Shown one piece after another: positions 60,648 to 64,000 of a DNA stretch of 64,000 nucleotides. Origin of the DNA: a virus (taxonomy: Duplodnaviria > Caudoviricetes); IMG/VR virus record IMGVR_UViG_3300037631_006232, positions 1 through 64,000 of that record; one strand, written 5' to 3'. Every line of letters begins with the position of its first letter. Position 1 is the first letter of the stretch. Both the position numbers and the translations under genes were made by a program. The notes beneath the pieces were generated by a model, which ran no database searches, was not told the origin of the DNA, and saw nothing but the letters and a program-made list of their open reading frames with translations.

Positions 60648-62387
60648 ATGGAGCTTTTTATGCTAGGAGATCTACCCAATATGACCTCTCCCGGGAAGAA
60701 TGGGACCTACTCAGATCCTATGCGACTGTGGGCCCACTCTTTCTCTCCTAGAAATCTAAAACAGCTTTTTAGATGGACTGAGTACCTATACTACAACTCT
60801 GCCCAAATATTTGCTGGAGTAAGAAAATATGCCGAGTACCCTATTACAGAAATAGAGTACCTAACTGATAGTGATAAACTCACAAGCTTATATAGGAGAC
60901 TACTGGAGGAAACTGTAGGTATAAAACAAGCTTTAATAAAAAGTTCTATCGATCTGCAAGTTTACGGAAACTCTTTTACTTCTGTACATTTACCTTTCAA
61001 GAGAAGCCTTAGATGTGGTAAGTGCAATTTTACGGAAAAAGCTACTGAAGTGGAATTTAAATACAACCCACACAAGGCTATATTTAAGCATACTTGTTCC
61101 GATTGTGGTCATGTAGGCGAGTCCAAGGTGGTTGATAAACTAGAGCTGTCTCCTGAAAAAATAAATATTGTTAGATGGGACCCTAAGCTTATACAGATTA
61201 ACTATAATACTGTTACCAGTGAAAGTGAGTATTTTTTAAGTGTGCCAAGCACTATGAAATCTAAGGTAACCTCAGGTGACCGGCATTTAATACTCACACT
61301 TCCTATGGCTATATTAGACACTATTGCTAGCGGAGATCTATTTAAATTTAATAAGTCCGAGCTTATGCATCTAAAGTCTCACGCACCTGCGGGGGTTGAG
61401 AGCGGGTGGGGGTATCCACCTTTGGTAGCATGCATGCCTCTTTTCTACCACGCTAGTGTATTAAGAAAAGCTAATGAAGCTATAGCTCTAGAGAGAATAG
61501 TCCCTATGAGAGTTATGCACCCTCAAGCAATAAGCGGTAATGCTGATCCTATACTTAGCTTATCTATGAGCAAATTTATGGGGGAGGTAGAAGACAACCT
61601 CAAAAAATGGAGGAGAGACCCCAACCATATCATGATGAGCCCTGTAGCTATCGGAGTATCTCAAGTAGGTGGGGAAGGTCGTGCTCTTATGGTTAACGCA
61701 GAGATACAACAAGCGGAGGATAACATAATAAACGCTATGGGATTTCCTAAGGAGTTTGTATACGGAGGGCTTAGTTATACAGGTAGTAGCGTTACTCTAC
61801 GTATGTTAGAAAACCAATTAGAGTCTTCCGTATTTCAAATAAACAAATTACTTACTTGGTTAACTAATAAGATGGGAGGCTACCTAGGTTGGGAGAAATG
61901 TAAGGTTAAGCTTGGGGATTTTAGGATGATAGACGATGTGCAACAGAAGCAGCTAGTAATGCAGCTATTTCAAATGGGTATGGTCTCTAAGACCACGATG
62001 GCAGAGGCTCATGGTATAAATATACAAGATGAGCGAGATAAGATAAAGCAGGAGAACCTAACCGACGCTAGATTCCAAAAAGAGTTGGAACTTGATATGA
62101 TGGACCTTCAAAAAGACCTTAGCCAACAAGCTAGGCAGATGTCGGCCCAACAGCAAGGTGCGGGAGGTTTATCTTACGACCAGCAGGCTGTAATATCTGA
62201 AGCAGAGAACTTAGCTATGCAGTTACTACAAACAGACCCAAGTACCCGAAAATCTCAACTGGCTAGTTTACAGTCGGAAGATTATGTGATGTACTCAGTA
62301 GTAATCCAACGTATGGAGCAATTACAACTCGACCAAAAGAATCAAGCTATGCAACAAGCTATGGGTGGCGGCCAGCCCCCTATGTAG
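60648..62387 (+). CDS. Portal protein
   Basis: D...YGN.F, H.K...GWGYP.L, I..AMG.PKE...GG..Y, Gln-rich tail, CxxC insertion; start may be 60660. Confidence 0.7.
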   Translation: MELFMLGDLPNMTSPGKNGTYSDPMRLWAHSFSPRNLKQLFRWTEYLYYNSAQIFAGVRKYAEYPITEIEYLTDSDKLTSLYRRLLEETVGIKQALIKSSIDLQVYGNSFTSVHLPFKRSLRCGKCNFTEKATEVEFKYNPHKAIFKHTCSDCGHVGESKVVDKLELSPEKINIVRWDPKLIQINYNTVTSESEYFLSVPSTMKSKVTSGDRHLILTLPMAILDTIASGDLFKFNKSELMHLKSHAPAGVESGWGYPPLVACMPLFYHASVLRKANEAIALERIVPMRVMHPQAISGNADPILSLSMSKFMGEVEDNLKKWRRDPNHIMMSPVAIGVSQVGGEGRALMVNAEIQQAEDNIINAMGFPKEFVYGGLSYTGSSVTLRMLENQLESSVFQINKLLTWLTNKMGGYLGWEKCKVKLGDFRMIDDVQQKQLVMQLFQMGMVSKTTMAEAHGINIQDERDKIKQENLTDARFQKELELDMMDLQKDLSQQARQMSAQQQGAGGLSYDQQAVISEAENLAMQLLQTDPSTRKSQLASLQSEDYVMYSVVIQRMEQLQLDQKNQAMQQAMGGGQPPM

Positions 62388-62394
62388 AGGAATT

Positions 62395-62763
62395 ATGAGT
62401 AACGATAACGACTTTATTAGTACTATATCACAGTTAGCAGGTAATCAGGAAGGGCCTCAATTACCAGACCCTTTCCCTAGTATACCGAACCCTCCTGAGG
62501 GTTTTGACCCTGAAGGATCCCCTATAAGAACAGATTCACCTAGCCCAGAACCTCCTTCTTGGGCTAAAAAAAAGCCTAAGCAATCTTACTTACCTCGCGC
62601 TAGGGTTTTCTTCATTAACGATGAAGGTAATCCAGAGTACGACAATATTCTTAGGCAAGGAGCTAATGGTGAAATTATACTAGCTAAAAAAGAGATTGCA
62701 GATTTAAAAGGGTCTAGTGGATTCAAAGTATATCTTGAATGGTTAGAGCCCTTAGAGACCTAG
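62395..62763 (+). CDS. Hypothetical Pro-rich protein
   Basis: GAGGA SD; follows the portal gene. Confidence 0.55.
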   Translation: MSNDNDFISTISQLAGNQEGPQLPDPFPSIPNPPEGFDPEGSPIRTDSPSPEPPSWAKKKPKQSYLPRARVFFINDEGNPEYDNILRQGANGEIILAKKEIADLKGSSGFKVYLEWLEPLET

Positions 62764-62776
62764 AGATCTAGAAAGT

Positions 62777-62823
62777 ACCTACTATTTTTTAGGGGTAGGT
62801 GGGATATTCCGTAGAAAATCCCA
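62777..62823. terminator. Two adjacent hairpins between convergent genes
   Basis: ACCTAC..GTAGGT and TGGGAT..ATCCCA inverted repeats. Confidence 0.35.
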
Positions 62824-62840
62824 GATGAAGATCAACATAT

Positions 62841-63329
62841 TTATCTTCTTCCTTTCCTTTTTCGATAGCCCTCTCGGTTATGGGCTTTTTTAAACTGAGC
62901 TAGTACGCTAGGCTTTACCCAACCTCTGGTTAGATCTACATAGGGATGAGCATCCGTACCTAAGTACTCTGGTCCTAATAGATCTAAAGAGTCTGGGTCG
63001 TGCCAGTTACTATTTACTTTCAATACACCTTGGTCGGTGATTCCTCCAAAGGTACCTGAGTAGTTACGTTTGTGTGTAGGACAAACTTTTACTCGCTCAC
63101 CTACGGAAGGAATCATAGAGCCTGTGTATAAGTAGGATAGACCTACCCCTAGGAAACCGCCTATCAGGAACGCAGTGAACAAACTAGATAAGGCTATCTC
63201 CCTATCTAAGTCTGCTCCCCACCCGCAAGAGTATGCGGTTCCACTGGCAATGGCAACTAGGTGTGGATCTACCCTAACAAGAGTGGAGTGGTACCTGTAG
63301 TTGGCTTTTGAGATGTATGACCTCCTCAA
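62841..63329 (-). CDS. Hypothetical protein with one predicted TM helix
   Basis: ORF; start uncertain. Confidence 0.45.
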   Translation of the reverse strand: MRRSYISKANYRYHSTLVRVDPHLVAIASGTAYSCGWGADLDREIALSSLFTAFLIGGFLGVGLSYLYTGSMIPSVGERVKVCPTHKRNYSGTFGGITDQGVLKVNSNWHDPDSLDLLGPEYLGTDAHPYVDLTRGWVKPSVLAQFKKAHNREGYRKRKGRR

Positions 63330-63969
63330 GATTTTGGTCTATGGTTGGTAGATCCAGAAATCTTTTAAAAGATTTCAGAGTTGAGAATTCCTCTAATTTA
63401 GGTAGTTTCTCCGTGAAAGATATACCCATAGATGTCTCGTGGTAGCCAAAGTTACCTGAGAATAGGGTGGCTAGGTTCTCATCTTGTAGTTTCGTGTCTA
63501 CAAGCTTTCTAATCATCGGGCGGGAAATATCCTTAAGGTTGTTATTTACAATGATATCTACTAGTACGCTATAAATTTCAATACCTACCGATTTGTACAC
63601 AGTAGACATCGTTTCAGTAGTTGCATCTTTCCTCATTAGGGAAAGAAATAAGGAGTCTACATCTGAGGTATCTCCTACTGCTTCGGCGTAGTTGAGACAT
63701 ATCTTGTCCCAGGTTTCTGTGTAGTCGGCTTTTGAGGAGATCCACTCCTGTTCGAGTCGGAGTTGTAGTTCGGCTTTTTCTCTTTCTCTTTCTGCTCTTA
63801 CGGGAGCCATGAAAGCCTCCGTAAGGGCCTCTTTCTCTTTCTGCTCCGCAGCTACTCGGGCTACATCTGCAGCTTCCTTAATACGAGCCGCCTTCTCGTC
63901 CGAACTTTCGGATAGCAGCTTCTCGTATTTCCAGCTAGTGAGACCAGTGACCGCTTGGTACAGTGACAC
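63274..63969 (-). CDS. Hypothetical protein (may start outside the window)
   Basis: ORF with coiled-coil segment. Confidence 0.5.
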   Translation of the reverse strand: MSLYQAVTGLTSWKYEKLLSESSDEKAARIKEAADVARVAAEQKEKEALTEAFMAPVRAEREREKAELQLRLEQEWISSKADYTETWDKICLNYAEAVGDTSDVDSLFLSLMRKDATTETMSTVYKSVGIEIYSVLVDIIVNNNLKDISRPMIRKLVDTKLQDENLATLFSGNFGYHETSMGISFTEKLPKLEEFSTLKSFKRFLDLPTIDQNLEEVIHLKSQLQVPLHSC

Positions 63970-64000
63970 TGTACCGCGGATAGCACCACGTACTTTTACT

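Noticed and set aside
1-64000. Stop-codon reassignment (TAG recoding)
   Set aside because: Genes are long and densely packed under the standard code, and TAG terminates several clear genes (terL, portal, RT)

Overview
This window is a 64 kb segment of a large contractile-tailed (myovirus-like) dsDNA phage genome, and no host genes are recognisable. 1-14.5 kb: probable head-packaged (ejected) proteins punctuated by a recurring K-x-A/S motif, including polyproteins with P-loop kinase, ADP-ribosyltransferase-like and Nudix domains. 14.7-35 kb (+): tail module with a chaperone pair joined by a -1 frameshift site, tape measure, hub and wedge proteins, a sigma factor, and RuvC on the minus strand. 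35-64 kb: minus-strand early/replication genes (SNF2 helicase, two PD-(D/E)XK nucleases, ParB-like, SSB-like, primase-helicase, UDG-fused family A DNA polymerase, MoxR-like AAA plus vWA/peptidase, and a retron-type reverse transcriptase with YSDN) interleaved with plus-strand head genes (terminase, portal) and a second sigma factor. The most notable feature is a ~475 nt non-coding array (47308-47781) of four tandem units. They differ in sequence but share one architecture: a closing inverted repeat, an invariant CAAGA and AGC at the junction, and a hairpin with a G-TAR-C loop. Read on the minus strand, each unit matches a retron msr-msd layout. The array lies downstream of a putative phage promoter motif and about 6.7 kb from the RT, which has no adjacent ncRNA. 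It is a candidate phage-encoded multi-template retron-like system. All product calls come from motif reading by eye; no database searches were run.
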